A DNA stretch of 64,000 nt. Source: the human T2T-CHM13v2.0 reference genome, Homo sapiens. Positions within the stretch are counted from its first letter, which is position 1. Every line of letters starts with the position of its first letter. Under the pieces are notes generated by a model. It did no database searches and was not told where the DNA came from. It saw only the letters and a list, made by a program, of their open reading frames with translations. The position numbers and the translations under genes were made by a program. Location of the stretch: the NCBI RefSeq assembly GCF_009914755.1, contig NC_060947.1. One strand, 5' to 3'. Below are positions 14,601 through 30,353 of the stretch, in pieces.

Positions 14601-15059
14601 GTCTATTACAGCTTTAGTATCAAGTATTTTACTTTTTTGGATGAGAGGTCATTTAATCTTTTATGCGACAAATTTTAAGTATATTACATATAAAAAATAT
14701 TTTAATACTATATCTTGGTTTTATGTACAAAACTAAACCCTCCTTTCGAGTTTCAAGGCCCTTTATTGTCTCTGAAACATTTACATCATCATGTCACCAT
14801 ATCAGCTCACTAGTCAAGTTATGCAGTATGCCGTGAGATTCACATGAGGAAAATATGGTGTCACCTTTAAGAAGAGGCTTTATGATGGGTACTGCATGTA
14901 AGATGAACCTTTATGGATAGGTAAGATTTTATAAGTGAGAGAAAAATTACAAGCAGAGGGAAGAGTGGTTTTGCAAAGATACAGCTAAAGAGAAAAGCAC
15001 AGTGTTTGAAGGAAACGTATATTCATTACTCAACCAACTCTTTTAATTATCAACTTTCT

Positions 15060-15450
15060 AAAAGCCTCTTATAATCATCTGAACTCTGTGTGTTTCTCCT
15101 GCCTCATTACTCCTTCCCTTGTTCTGTCATCTACGTGTACTGAACTACTGAAAGTTGCTCAAACCTGTGATACTTTGCCTCAGAGCTTTGTTTACCCCCT
15201 CAACCTCCACATCTTCTTCACCTGTCCAACTCCCAAGGAATTTGGCTTAAACTCATTGGAAACCTTCATTAGACCCTCAAGGATGGGTTAGGTGCCCCTG
15301 TTGGGGGCTCCTGTTGCACTCTGTATTCACCCTATTGAGGTACTTATCTTACTGCATTGTAACTGTTTATTGCTCCTTAATGAGGTACAGACTGTGCTGC
15401 ATTCACTGTTGTATTCATACTACATGGAAGACACACAATAAATACTTAAG
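15060..15450 (+). mobile_element. L2 LINE remnant
   Basis: Pyrimidine-rich segment ending attcactgttgtattc...cacacaataaatactt, L2-like; boundaries approximate. Confidence 0.5.
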
Positions 15451-15532
15451 AGTTGTCTTAAAAACATATGAAACACCTAAACTAATCTAGACATGAGCAA
15501 GTCACTGCCTTCAAGGAGCTCATAATCTATTA

Positions 15533-15733
15533 CAGAGGTTCTCAAATTGTGGCTCTTTAGGCCAGTAATATCAGCCTCACTTGGAAACTTGTATTAGGAA
15601 ATAAAGGGTCGGGGGAGGAATTCTCAGGCCCCACTCCAGAACTACTGGATCAAAAACTCTGGGGGTTAAAACTCAGCATTCTTTTAACAAGGCTTCAAGG
15701 TGATTCTAACACATGCTAAAGTTTGAGAACCAC
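15533..15733. mobile_element. MER5A hAT-Charlie DNA transposon
   Basis: TIR-like ends cagaggttctcaaa and tttgagaaccac; internal ttctcaggccccactccaga and ggtgattctaacacatgctaaagtt. Confidence 0.8.
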
Positions 15734-16199
15734 ATTGAAGAAAAGTAATCTGAGAAAAAGCTGTGATCAACTATACCGACAAAGGACCTGTTTGAGGATT
15801 GGTTATTTGTTCCTTAGTTGGGCCTTTGGAGAGCTATTAAAGGTTTTGAAGCATAGAAAACTTCTACACTGTAGCAGTATTTTGGAGCTGCAAAAGACTA
15901 GAAGCAGAAAGACAGGTTAGGATTCTGGTTTAAGTCTAGCAGTAGGTATCCAAGCCAGAACTAAGGCAGTGAGAAGAGGCATTAGTTGCTAGGATCTATT
16001 TGTTAGGACACAAAATAGATTAAAAAGAGGAGAAAAGTCATAGGTGACTCCAAACTCCCGACTTTAGAGGATGATAGGGAGGTTTTTTTGTTTTGTTTTG
16101 TTTTGTTTTCTGGTGAATGAAAGTAAAGAGATAATGAGTTTGATTTTTAAAGTCTTGTATTCATGTAAGCTACCAGTGGATATTCAAGGGAAGATACTG

Positions 16200-16400
16200 T
16201 GCTTTAGAATTGAAAAGACATTAATGTAAGTTCTGGCTTCACCACTTACTATTTTTGTAATCTTGGCCGAGAAAACAATCTCTTTTTGCTTCAGTTTCTA
16301 CACACGTAAATTGGGTTTAATAGTTTACCTCATTAGGCTTTTGTAAGAATGAAAATATAAATAAAAAGAATGTAACATAGATATGAAGAATCTAGCACAG
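16200..16400 (+). mobile_element. MIR SINE
   Basis: ttctggcttcaccacttacta...cttcagtttct...gtaaattggg...tacctcattagg. Confidence 0.55.
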
Positions 16401-16885
16401 TGAATTGTTGATGCTTGCGATTATTCGGTAGCTATTAACGTGGACAAGCTAAACAGTTGGAAATATGACTAGAGTTATTGATAGGAAGCAGGAATGGTAG
16501 AAAGATTTGGGAATCATGCAGGAAGCTGTTGGTGAAAGCTCTTAAAAGAGATTATTGTAAGAAGACAGCATGAAATATTAGAAAGATGTGTAACACTTAG
16601 CCTAGAGGAAACAGGTACACTTATTGGTAGGGAAGAGGAAGAAAAGATGGAGGACAGGTAGGCAGAGATGTAACGGAACCATGTTATTTTACTCAAACTA
16701 ATCTTTGTCATCTATTTTCATGTTTCTACCCACTCTATGTTTTAGAGTTGGAATGTATTGTGACTGAAAGTTACCTAATTATTTGACCTATGCAAGAATA
16801 TTGAAACATCTCTTGGTATTGATCTATTTCACAAGTCAGCCAATTTCTTTTTTGGATATCTTTTTCTATTAGAATATTTTTCATC

Positions 16886-17000
16886 TCTGGACGTGGTGGT
16901 TCATGCCTGTAATCCCAGAACTTTGGGAGGCCAAGATGGGGAAATTGCTTGAACCCAGGAGTTAGAGCCCAGCCCTGGCAACATAGTGAGACTTATAAAA
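16886..17000 (+). mobile_element. Alu left monomer (FLAM-like)
   Basis: ctggacgtggtggttcatgcctgtaatcccagaactttgggagg...caacatagtgagac, with no right arm. Confidence 0.8.
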
Positions 17001-19722
17001 TCTTGACTTATTGAGTACACCTGAATAATAAATTTATATTCTCTCTTGTCAATCATCAAGGTATAATGCATAGAGCAGATTTTGTTTCTCCATCACCACC
17101 TTTTAGTGTTTTAAATAGTAGTGTTGCCTTTCTGGTTCTGCAGTTTTGGTGGAAATTTTCCATCCATAACAAACAGTCCTGATTAGGTAATTCATAAAAT
17201 TTATTATTTTCTAATTGGAATATTGCTATTCATACACTAGGTTCATGTATTTTGTTGGTTTATTTGTTTGTTTAGAAGAGTAACTCATGCTTATTGCCAA
17301 AAGTTTAGGAAATAAAAGTATAAAGAAGAAAGTATGTATTGCAAGTCCTTACTCCCTTTAATCTAACCACCATTAATGGTGTTTTCTATATTTATGTACA
17401 TTCTTTAACAAAAGTGGAATAAAATTATGTTTGCTATTTTGGAACTTACTTTTTTCACACAATTTTTATATCCCTTACTAATGGATACATTTACATAATG
17501 TACAGGTTTTGGTTGATTTAAACAATACTGTGACACATATGTTGCACATTTATTTTTGTGCTTTTATCCAATCATTTCCTTATGGTAGTGGAAGTAGAAT
17601 TTGGGAGCCAAAGATATATACTATACAGTTTTGATGTATATTTCTTTGCTCTTGTTTAAAACATTGTTAATGTCATGTGAATAATAAAAGGCTGATTTAA
17701 AAATAGTAAAATTAGATACCCAAATTTTCTGCCATTAAATAACATCAGCTGTAAAATTAAAATCCACCCAAATGAACTTTCTTGTCAGAAACCAATTCTA
17801 CTTTCTGATAGAAAAGCAATTCTGTTTTTTGGAATTGTTACTTAAAAAGAGCATGTAGAAAGTGTGAAAGAATAGGATGAATCAAATTGCACTGAAAATT
17901 TCACAGGAAAATACCATCTAGCCTTAAAAATCTTCAAATTTTATAATAAGTAAAATGAAAAGAAATTGGTGAGTAGAAATCAATGTATAAATCATTGAGA
18001 ATAGTTATGCTGGAAAAAAGATTGTGGCCATCACATTGACCACTTTAGTTAGCAATTATTTGAGTGAATAATTAAGTTACAAAATGTGGTTATCATTAAT
18101 AAGTTGTTCCTAAACTCTTTGTATAAGTAGTATGTTTTCTCCCTCCAAACTTGTAATTCAAAGTGTGCATTCATATTTTTTTGGCAAGCAAAATGAACCC
18201 TTGGATTTGAACTCCCTTTGCTTTAACTCTTGGCTGTAGGGATACTACACAGCTATCAGAGGAATCGGAATCAATGTAATATACCTTTGGGCACATAATA
18301 GTCCCCACTTACATATAAGGGGAGGCATTTGACCAGTTCCATTACTGTAGTTGATCCACATTAATGTGATTTAAAAAAAAAAACTGGCAGTCTCATTCAG
18401 GTTATCCAAGTATAATGATCATTTTGATTCATATCTGAGACTCCCTGAGATTTTAAGTATTATAACATCTCACTTCTTGTTTGTTCTAACTTCACCAACA
18501 CTCAATTCAGCTATAGTTGAGGTTGCAATTTAGATGAATGCTTATTAAATATACCAAAGTCCCCATTCTATAATAGCTGAATTCCAGATTACCTCTTCTT
18601 CATAGCCTAGGGGTCTGTGCTGCTTTTGGTGGAAGTGCTCATTCTCTCCAGCTTGACAAATATCTTCCAGGCAAAAACATGGTTATTATTAGACAAAGGG
18701 CACCAATTATCTTTAACTTGGATGCCTAGAAAGAAACTGTTATCACTGTTGAGACCATTTGCTAAATCCTGCTTACAATCCAGGATAAATTTTGACCTAG
18801 TGTATTTATGTAACACATCCTGGAAAAGTATAATCCATTAGGGTTTGGGATAAAAGGTTCTTCTCTCTTCTAAATGTGAATTTTTTTTAAAAAAAACTTG
18901 GAATAATAGACATTTTAATGTGTTTCTTTAAAGCATAGTTTCTAGGATTTCAGTTACCTGATACTGCATCACTAGTCCGTTTTGAAAGCAAAGTAACAAA
19001 AATTATTCTATGTTCAGAATTTTTAAAGGATGAAGAGTGAAGTAATTTTAACAGGGGATGCAGTTGAGCCCGATTTCAAGACATTTATCAAGTACTTTGA
19101 TTTAATTACACAATATGTTTTTAGGTGATATTCAAATAGAATGGCTTCATTAAATTTAGCACGTTATATTTTAAGTTTATAGGGTTGTTTGGAACACATT
19201 CCAATAGCTGCTTCATTGGAGTAGTATTATCTTGTTATTTTTGTTCTATCTTTATAGCATGGTAAAAGGTTTATTGTATTGCTGCTATTGTCCATGCGTA
19301 AGAATGTTGCCTTGGTGTGTCAGTACCAGCTATTGGTAGTAAAATATCAGTCTAATTTAGAGACACTGGTACCACTTATCTCTAAAAGATGGTGATGAGA
19401 AAGCATGTGGTGTAGTTTGTAAGCTCAGGACATTGCCAAATCCTTGTTTTCAGGCATATAGATTTTTTAACTGTACTTGTGAACAGAGCTTGGATCTAGA
19501 CCTAGCAGCTGAGCAGCATTAATGGTGACATAATTTCATTACATTCTGAATTACTCCATTGGTAGGATACCATTTTAGTCTTTGATTTGACATGGTAAAT
19601 GTCCATTATGTTGTCTGGTAATGATATGGACTAATGCAATAATATGGTTAATCAATTCAAAGATAAAATTTATTGAGTATGTATCTCCTGAAAATTGATA
19701 GGATGGTACACCAATTATGTGA

Positions 19723-20094
<372 letters not shown>

Positions 20095-20433
20095 TGATCT
20101 CTTCACAGCTATTCTAATAGGCTTAATTGTGATGAAATCCTTGAGTATCTAAAACCCAAATGAAAAACAACTCTGCCTTAATTTGTAAACATTTAAAGCA
20201 TAATTCCAAAATGTCACAATTTATTTCATGCCAAAATATGGATAGAATGAAAATAAGATGGTTCGTTTTTATGATATGATCTTCTATTTTATGTTATACC
20301 CACATACTCTTTTAGAAGAAGCTAAATGATAGTTTATAGAATTCTTTTAAATCAGTTCATAAAATAGTAATAGTAATTTATAAACAGTAGGAAAATGAAA
20401 TGTTATATTAGTAATTAAAATGCACCTAGTCCA

Positions 20434-20722
<289 letters not shown>

Positions 20723-23700
20723 TGTACCTTGTACATTCCTCCTGATTGATCATTTTTCTCTTTCCACCCTGTAAGGTGGCAAAAATAGGGAAATTGTTGC
20801 ACTAGAATTTTTGCATTTTTCTTCAGCATGAAACATCACTCTTCAGCATGAAACGTTACTCTTAACATTGATAATATATTTATTGAGTTATCTTGAAAGT
20901 TATAAAAATATGATTCTGATTGATGAAAGGCAAGGATGTAATGATTTTTTTTCTATTTCAGTCAGGATATAATCTTTAAACTTAAGTAATTTTTGTCCTT
21001 CACGAAACGTACATTTTAAAAATAAGAGACTATTACCTTTTCTTAGAAGTTAATTAAAAAAAAATAGGCCCATTGAACTGGAACATGGCCCATTATTCAT
21101 ATTAAAAAGGAAAGCAGTATATGAAATGCATTGTTGTCACTGCTATGTAAATTGTTATTAAGCTCTATGTTAGTACCTTTTATTATTCATAGATTTTTTT
21201 TCCTAAGAATCAAAATTCTCCATTATACATGAATGGCTTTATAGATTATAATGATTTTTCATTGTTTAAAACTTTACTACTTATTGGCCGTTGGCATTAT
21301 ACTTAATATAAAAACACATATATGTGTCAACATTATGGCCTTTAAAATTTTAATGTGAATCTATTTTTCAAGTTAATATATGTAAAACTGTATTAATATG
21401 TCCAAATCCATTTGACTTGCATATATGTTTATTTTAAAAGATACTTGATGATCATTACAGTTCAGAGGTCAATGTTTGCCTCATTATCTAAGTCATAGAT
21501 GAGTAGATCAGACTTTCCCATTACATTATTTTTTTTCACTGCATTATAATTTGCTTTGCTCCCCCTAGAGTTTCCTATTGCCATGTCTTCCCTAAAGATC
21601 CTTCTTCAAAGTGTAAGGGTGTGGGAACCCTGAAAAAGAGGCCTGTATTTTCAGCCAGTAGGTTTTCTTCTCTGTATATGTGAGTGAAATTTAATACCTC
21701 TTCTTTAGTCCCTCATATTTCACATTAAGCACCAAAAATACCCTAGTTTCTTGTTGATCCATGCACTCGGTTTGAGGGAATATCTCTAGCACATGCTTTT
21801 ATAATCTATTCCCCTGTTATATTCTTTTCCACATGCACAAACTGAAGTGGAGAGTTAAGGTAATGGCAGTACCCAGTTAAGAATCATTTTCATATAAAAT
21901 GCTAAAATAATTGAAAGACCAACTTTTTTGTTACATATACATTGGGTGTAGGTATTCAAACCTAGAGAAAAAGGACTTTAATTTTAAAAATTACGTCATG
22001 TCATTCCTTACCCTGTAAGTGCCTTACTCTTCAGGCACTATTTCTAGATCCATTCCAAATTCTGAGAAATGTGCCTCATCAGATCACTAATTATTTTTAT
22101 TTGTCATCGCTTATTCAGCTATGCTGCATGTATTTGTAAATTTACTTTTTCAAAATGCTGAAATCTGAAAAAGAGGAAATCAGCATTATATAAGTGCTGT
22201 ATATATTGACATTTTTCTAAATTTGTCATTTCAGCTGAATTTGGTTCAACTAAAAGCTATTGGCCAAAGTCAACCATCCGTAGATAAATAATACTATTGG
22301 TTGGGGGAGGGGAGACTGCTTCTAACATTTTTGAAAATTACTTCAGTTGTTGCCTTTTTACAGAGCAGAGGAAAGAGTATTGGTGTTAATTAAATATTTT
22401 CTAGTGGCTAAAACAAGGTCTTAGGAGTGAGGACAATGGGTAAGTCCTCTAACATACCGCACCACTACCGAATCTCCCTGATGAAGAAGACCTGAAATTG
22501 AACCATTACAGAATTCTTCATTGATCTTAAAGTTCTGGCTTATGCTAAAATGCAAAGACACCTGAAAGCATAATGAAAACTAGTCAAAATTTTTATAGAT
22601 TATAGATTTTGGTACAGAAGATGGACAAAATCTCAAGGTACCAGGATCTGGAGGGTGAAGGTACACTGCCTCCAGAGCAGGAAAAGTTAAAGAAATAGTG
22701 AGATGAAAAGATCTTGAAGGCAGTTTTTCATAACATCATGACTTTATCTGAGGTCACCTTTTCTTCATAGTACCTAAGGAGCTACCTCAGATGTGAAACG
22801 TAACTGCTAAATGTAGTAACAATCCTCTACATAGACAGGAGTGCCATTTTTATTGTATTCTTCCTTCTGGTAGGTGCAGAAATACACTGGAGCCAAAATG
22901 CCCATCAGCTCATCCAAATACAAATCTTCAGCATTCAAACTTGAAAAAATGGAAATGAGGTTATTTCTTTTTTCATAGGGTGTACCAGTAGTCTACCAAG
23001 AATTATTTAGAATAGAGGATACAAAAGGAAATAATCTGTGGCGTTTATTTAACTCAATATGTCTATTTAACCTTTTTGAAAATACTATCCCAGGCTTAAT
23101 TTACCTGATAGCATTTATAGATTAAAATATAGGAAAGTTTGTAGTAGTATGGAGGTAGGCACTGATACATGTATCTTTTTAATAAACAAGTTTATCCTAA
23201 CATAAGGAATAATGATTTTTTAAACTTATAAGGAATCGTTTTTATCTATACAAATAAAACAACCTTATCTATCCTAAGATAGAAGATTGTCAAAGAATAC
23301 CACGTTTTAATTAAAGTAGTAGTTTTATTTCTAAAAATACTAAAAGCATAGTGACTTCCAATATTGATTAACTACAATGATGAATTTTGATTTGGATTTT
23401 CTTTTGAAATTCATTGATGAAATTATAGCCAAATAAACAGAAGCATACAATTCAACTTCATGCTCACAGAGCAATTTCATTAGTACATTTCATTAAATTG
23501 GCAGCTCTTTTGATGAATTCCTGATTTCTCAAATATTTTGTGATAGAACGTAAGGACTTAACCATCCCTTAGTCAAATACTACAAGCAAATTTAATAATA
23601 TCTGGAAGCTTTAATTCTGTTGTCATTTTCACCCATTTGTAAAAACAGAGATGTCTCATCTGAGATAGAATCTCTTATTCTAAGAAAAACCAGGGATTCC

Positions 23701-26700
23701 TTGCTTTCTGAGAGCTGCTTTTCAAAACATCTTTTCAGTGGCACTCTACTAATTTCCTGCATTTTGGTAGGCATGGTGATTGCTTATCATCAATTTCTTC
23801 TAATTCAATGAAAAAAAAACAAAGAATTGTGGATAAACCTCAAGGTATATTTTTAGATGTTTGTGGTTTTAAATTAATATGTGTAGGCCAAGAGCATAGA
23901 TGGGTGGTGTCCTTTTCTTCTTATGAGAGATGTATGGAAGAATTATCTGGACACTGCCAAGAATGTTCCTTGGAATCATCACTGGGAATCAATGACTTTT
24001 AAAACATTTAAAAACCCAGCTTTTTTTTTTTTTGGTGAGAATGCATCTCAGAAATGATCACTAAAATCAGTGCTGGAATTCTCAACATAATGACATATAT
24101 TGTTCAAGACATTTTTATATAAAATAACATCAAGCTGTAACATTATAATTATGTTCCTAAATTGTATTCTCATTTATAAATCTCTCATTTTGCTGCCATA
24201 GTTACTTGTATGATTTTGTGATTTTGTGTTTTTCCATTTAAATTTTATTGTTTAACATTACCTTGATGCCATTTTTAGAGCATATTTAAATACATTTGAG
24301 CAGAAAATAGAAAGAAAAGAGTCATAGTAGTTGATTTTGTTTATCAACTGGTGTAACAACTGGAGAATGTTGATTGCATTTGATTTCATATACATAGAGA
24401 TATGAATGGTTAAAGTCATTCTGGAAAAATCAAAATACATAAGTAACAATAAAATTTAATATTCAAGTTGCAGGTCGTTGTGACTGAAAAAAAAACATTA
24501 GTGACAAAAAAATTTATCTGTTTCTGAGAGTTTTGTTTTAAGGAGAGCAAGAACTAGTATTAGGCATGGCACTAGAGAAGAAAATCAATTTTTAACTAAA
24601 AATGTAATTGGGCTGACTGGGAGCCAGAAGCAATTGTATGTTTTACATACTCAAATGAGTAAATACATGCAAGTAATTGTCAAATTTTAGCTCACCAGTC
24701 TTTAAGCAAATCAGTCAAAGGATCTAAGTCACATTTGTATTTTTGAGCCACATGCTTTCAAGATTTTAATAGTGGCTACAGATAATCACCTATAATGTAA
24801 AAATTGTCCATTCTTTCTTTAGTTAACATCCCCAAAATGATGTTTACTGTAATTTGAGAAAATGGAAGTCCAGTTTTAATGTTGCAGTTTAATTATGCCC
24901 ATAAGACTGGACAATGCAGGATTAAAGACACTAGTGTTAGCCTCAATACAATGTGCAGTATTTCATGATTTGATGGAAAAAGCCATTTTATAGTGTGACT
25001 CTTAAGTCTTTATTAGTTATATGCTTTATAAGTAATACATGTTTTAGGCATATATATCTGTATTTTTAAGCCTAGGTAGATATGGTTTTCTGATCAAATC
25101 TGTGGTCAGAAAAAAACACTTGTTTTCTCTGTATTCTGACAGGAAAGGAAAAATTATATGCTTATAAAAGGATACTCAAACCTTTTGTATTTATAAATTT
25201 GCATTCTAGAAAAAGCTGTGAAAGAACTGAGAGTGGGAGAATTTTGAATATATGTATTTCCCTTGCTTCAGTTCTTTTCAAATAATTGACTACTTATGAA
25301 AAGCTTGGCCAGAAAAAAGTATTCCCAATAATTTTCCAAATTAGATCTAACCTTCTTTACATGGTCAAGAAACTAAAAATTATATGTGAATTCTTGCTGC
25401 TTAAAATTCAGGATACATTTTCTCTGAAGCATTTGCTTAGATTATTAAGAGAGTCAATATAAAACAATGTTCTTGTACTAGTGTTGGGAATTAAAAATGT
25501 GTTTGAACTGAGTAAGGACTTATGTGAATGTTCTGTGCTAGAATGATGGGGTATTGTGATCCATTTGAGTCTGTGTTTATCCCCAAGAGTGAATAAAATA
25601 AATGGCCAGGTTTTATACTTGATGTAATTATTTGTATTTCAGTGGGTATTTCCCCCCTGGAAGGCAAAGCAAGTTCTGTGTGATCTTGGCATTAGTGAAT
25701 TTTAGAGCTAACTACATAAATGTGTAATGCACTGTTTTAATCTTTAACGCTGGAGTTGTCTTTATGTCATTGGTTTCATTCAAGCTGTATCAAAGCTGGG
25801 TCACGTACTAGAAAGAGGGACAACTAAATTAAGATATGCTTGCCCAGAGATGTTAAAATGTAAAATGTTTTGGGGAAAACCTCAACATCAAATGTAGTTT
25901 CTTAAGTATAGAAGTTCTTTTCTCATGGTCTTTAAGACTATAGAGATTTCACAGATACACCAATACCTTCTATATGTGCTCAGTTACCTTAGAGATGTTA
26001 AAATTGGGGCGCACAAAGAAAAGACCTCAGCAATCAGAGGCTTTAAAGTGAGACCTCAACCATCAGAGGATTTAAAGCTTTAGCTTACAAAATTTTATTT
26101 TACAATCACAATCTTCCAATGATGTTTAAGCTGGATGAGTAAGATATTATTGCTAAAGTTATCACTCATAATTCAGTGGAAAGTTTGTGTCATACCCTAT
26201 TTTGTGACACAATTTTAAAGTATTTATACATTCAAACTGACAGTATGAAAAATACAAGTTTTACCTAGAAGATTTCTAACACTAGCAAATTGACAGTAGT
26301 ACGTTATCACCAATTGACCTAAGGTTATAAATGTATGTTTGAAGAGATACATATGATGATTTTATTTAGGATTTGGACATTTTAAGAGATGCATGCCAGT
26401 GCCCCCAGAAATCTATCATAGACTTGTTTTACAAGAGTCACAACATACATGTAAATGTGTCTTCCCTGTTGGAGCCTCATTGAATATGTGGAAGGAGAGC
26501 TTCATCTCAAAAGGACCATTGACATGAAAACTAAATGGTATGACAAGGTCCTTCCAGAAAACAAACCCCTTTGGATGGGATCAAAAGTGGATCCATGTCA
26601 TACTTGATTACATACCACAGAAGATCAAGTTATGCTGAAGCTTCATGTTTACTTTAAATAACAAGATGTAATCCTAAAGCAGTCCCTTTGTATTGTATCC

Positions 26701-29700
26701 ATTTTATCCATAAGTGTTGATAGTTCCTAATTTTCTTCCCATTCATGTTTTGTCAATACCGGAGAAGGTCAAAATGATAAAAGAATGTTACCCTTTAATT
26801 CTACCTTTTTTCTTAAATTGAAATTTCTTTGTAGTGCAACAGTAACTACTTTTCTTACACTGTATTATAAACAAATGATTATAAGTAAATGTTGCCAGGA
26901 TAGGAGAAGCTATCTTTTTGTATTATATCCTCCTCATTCGATTTTTTTTCAATCTAAGGAATATGCCTATTAAAACCTCAATGCTGAAAGAATTCTGTGT
27001 TTCAAGTTGAGGGAAGCTAAATTTGTTACTTTCTGTGCATTTTCACAAACTTAAATGGCTATTGGTGATAGGTGTATTTTTAATGCCACTTGTTACAACT
27101 AGGAATTTCTCACTGATAATTTTAGCTAATTGCATCATTTATTCTGTACTTGATTTAGTCAAATTTTTCTTGTCTTTCTAATGTTCTTTAATGCCTTTTT
27201 CATTCATTTAGTCATTTGATTTTTTACTCTTTCAATTTTTGTCCAAAGTTAGAAAATTTTTAGAGATTATAATTTTAAATTATCACAAAGACCCCTTTGG
27301 GTTAAGTGGTTATTTTTATTTTCCCATGAAGGTTGTACTTTACTAAACTTTATTTTTCCATTGCTTAATGTCTAGTTTTTTTAATATGAGTCTCAAAAAG
27401 AACGTTTATTATTTAGCTTGGATTAGCTTGTTAAAAAGAGCACAGTTAGTAGAGAGAAATATGCTGAATATATCAAATATTTACAATGAGCTTTACTTGG
27501 TACAAGGCATACTGATGAGCCAGATGGTATTTCCATGATAAACCAGTTGAAATATTTTCTGTGACTTACCAGTCAATAAAATAACAAGCCAGATGAGTTA
27601 AGCAATAGGATTGACTAATTTCTTTTTTCTCTGAAGTAGTATTTTTTCCAACCAGTTCAATTAATTGAACCAGCTTGGCATAATCAAACTTGTTATGTAT
27701 TTAAGCATATTTAAGAGTCTTTCCCCTCTATGTATGTGCTAATTTAACTAATAACATTAACTGATGACATTGATAGGAACTGTTTGCTAAAAATAGAAAC
27801 CTAGAGAAATAGCAGTTTGAAGGAAATTGAGGGCTAATAATTACATTTCTTGGAAGGGAAAAGACACAAGTACCCTAGGTAGACAATTCTGGTAATAGTC
27901 CAGGCAGAATAAAATATTCCCTTGGTCATTACCTCACACTTCAGGTGTATGTATTTTAAAATATGCTTGTAACCATTGACTACTACTATTTCCTTCCCTC
28001 CTTTTTGTTTGGGGAGAAGAAGGGTAGGTACTAACCAGGAAAAATTATCTTTAGTTCTGTAGATGGTAAAAGTAAAGAAGAGAAGTCCTCAAAATAGAAA
28101 TAGTGACTCCAGGCGAGAGGAAAGACAATAAAAATTTAAGTTTGATTATGTTTAAATGCTTATGTTTTTAGAACTTGATTTTAAGTTCATTTACAGTGTT
28201 AGGATATTTTAAAGTCAGAAAGCTATTAGAGCATTTAAAAAGCATACTGAATATTAGTTTTTCTCTCACAGTGTATCTGTTTCAAAGAATTGGAGAATAA
28301 TATTCTGTTAAGTGAATGTTTTCTTTGCTACATTTCTATTATGGTGAACTTTTGGTCAGATTTATTGTTTAGCATCGTCTGTATTTAAAACCAAGATGTC
28401 CTGACAGAGAGGAAAACAGTTATAAACAGAGTCACATCACAGTGACTGTGTGTATGTATTGTTGAATCTGCCATTCAAGGATTTGTTGTAGAGGCATGAA
28501 ATGCATCCTTAGAAATAAAATAGTTATTTATTTCCTTGGGATTTATGGTATTCATCAGTACAGGTGACTCCTATGATTACCTGTATAATCTCAGGATTTC
28601 CCATTGCCTCAAGTTTTGTTTCTAAAAGACAGGAATAGTTGAACTGGACCCTATTCCAAAATTAGCATAGTAAAACATAATCTTTACTGTGTAATTTTAT
28701 AATAGCTTACAATTCTTCAATTAACATGTAAAACTTCTGACCTTTTTAAAAATATCGTATAAGGTGGAATATTGTAAACTCCCAAATTACATTATCATTC
28801 CTTTTCCCTTTCTCTCTCTCTTTCTTTAATTTCTACTTCACTACATTAGAATTTAACTGTCATTTTGGTAGGATGTATGATTTCAAGCTATTAAGGTGAG
28901 CTGTATAACAGGGAAGGTCAAAACCGTGAACTGAGTCCTAAATTATGTAGCCTACCCCAGTGACTTACATTGTACTTTCCATTGTATTTATGCTTGGCTT
29001 TTTAAGCGAATTTTGTTTATCTGTACAAAAGTATTGTCACAATACAAAATAGTTGTAATATGCCACTTTTTGAGTGTCTAGCAATGCATATTAAAACAAT
29101 AGAACTGTGAGTCTATATAAATATGCTAAGAGAGTTTTCATACTGGCTAAAATGGCAACATCTTGTCATGTGAAGATACAGTTCATTTGTGATCATTATT
29201 TTTGTGTTTGTGATTGCATTAAAATTTTTATTTTTAATGTGTTAATTGTATACATAGCTAATCATTAAGATCTGTAAGATAAACATAAAACTTGTGAATT
29301 TTAGTTTCACTTCAGGATAATTTCACAAACCACTAGATTATTTTCAAATGCTGTGAAGCTTGGAATTGGGAGTGCTCTTAAGTTAATGCATCCTCATGTA
29401 CTGTTTAATTCAGTATATATATTATCTTAACTTTAAGAAAACAACCTCCTATTTAATACTTAAATACAGGCCTGAAAATGAGATCTATATATGCAACTAA
29501 AGATTATTTTAAATGATAGATAAATGTGTGTGCCTATGAATGGTGAAATGATTGTGTTACATAATTACCATACTTTTGATGATGTACCATAAAATGGCTT
29601 TGAGAAGACAGCTATGCTTATTTTGACAGAAAAAATATGTCTTTCTAGCAAATACTCTCGTATTGGCCTTTCATACTCCCACTTTTGTAACCTTTTCTGA

Positions 29701-30107
29701 GCATCTGTAACATTTTACTAACCTAGAAATATGGTTTATCTTTTTTGGGAGAAGATCTGAAATAGCTTTCTCATACATCAATCAGGATGTGAGTGAGCTA
29801 ATTCTTTTGAGTTACTCATCATTATTGTTCTTTTAAAGGTGGGATTCTGACAAAGTTAATTTAATTTAAATAAGTTTCTAACTGTGAGATAAATCTTCCC
29901 ATTTTGAAACACTGCATGGTATTTTTGCTTTATAAATAGTATTTCAGTGTTTATGCCATAGATTAAGGTGAGTTGGGAGTGAAGTGGAAACCTTTACCAT
30001 ACTGTTTGTTTTTGGAGATTGAAAGGAATATCCATGTACTAAATAACATGTTTCTTGATTTCAGCCAAGTTCAAAAACTGCAGAAATAGATAATTTTAAA
30101 ATGATAA

Positions 30108-30353
<246 letters not shown>

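Noticed and set aside
18220-18860. Coding-looking stretch with overlapping short ORFs, possibly a pseudogene or ancient LINE relic
   Set aside because: I could not recognise any protein family and there are several stops; tblastx or Dfam would be needed.
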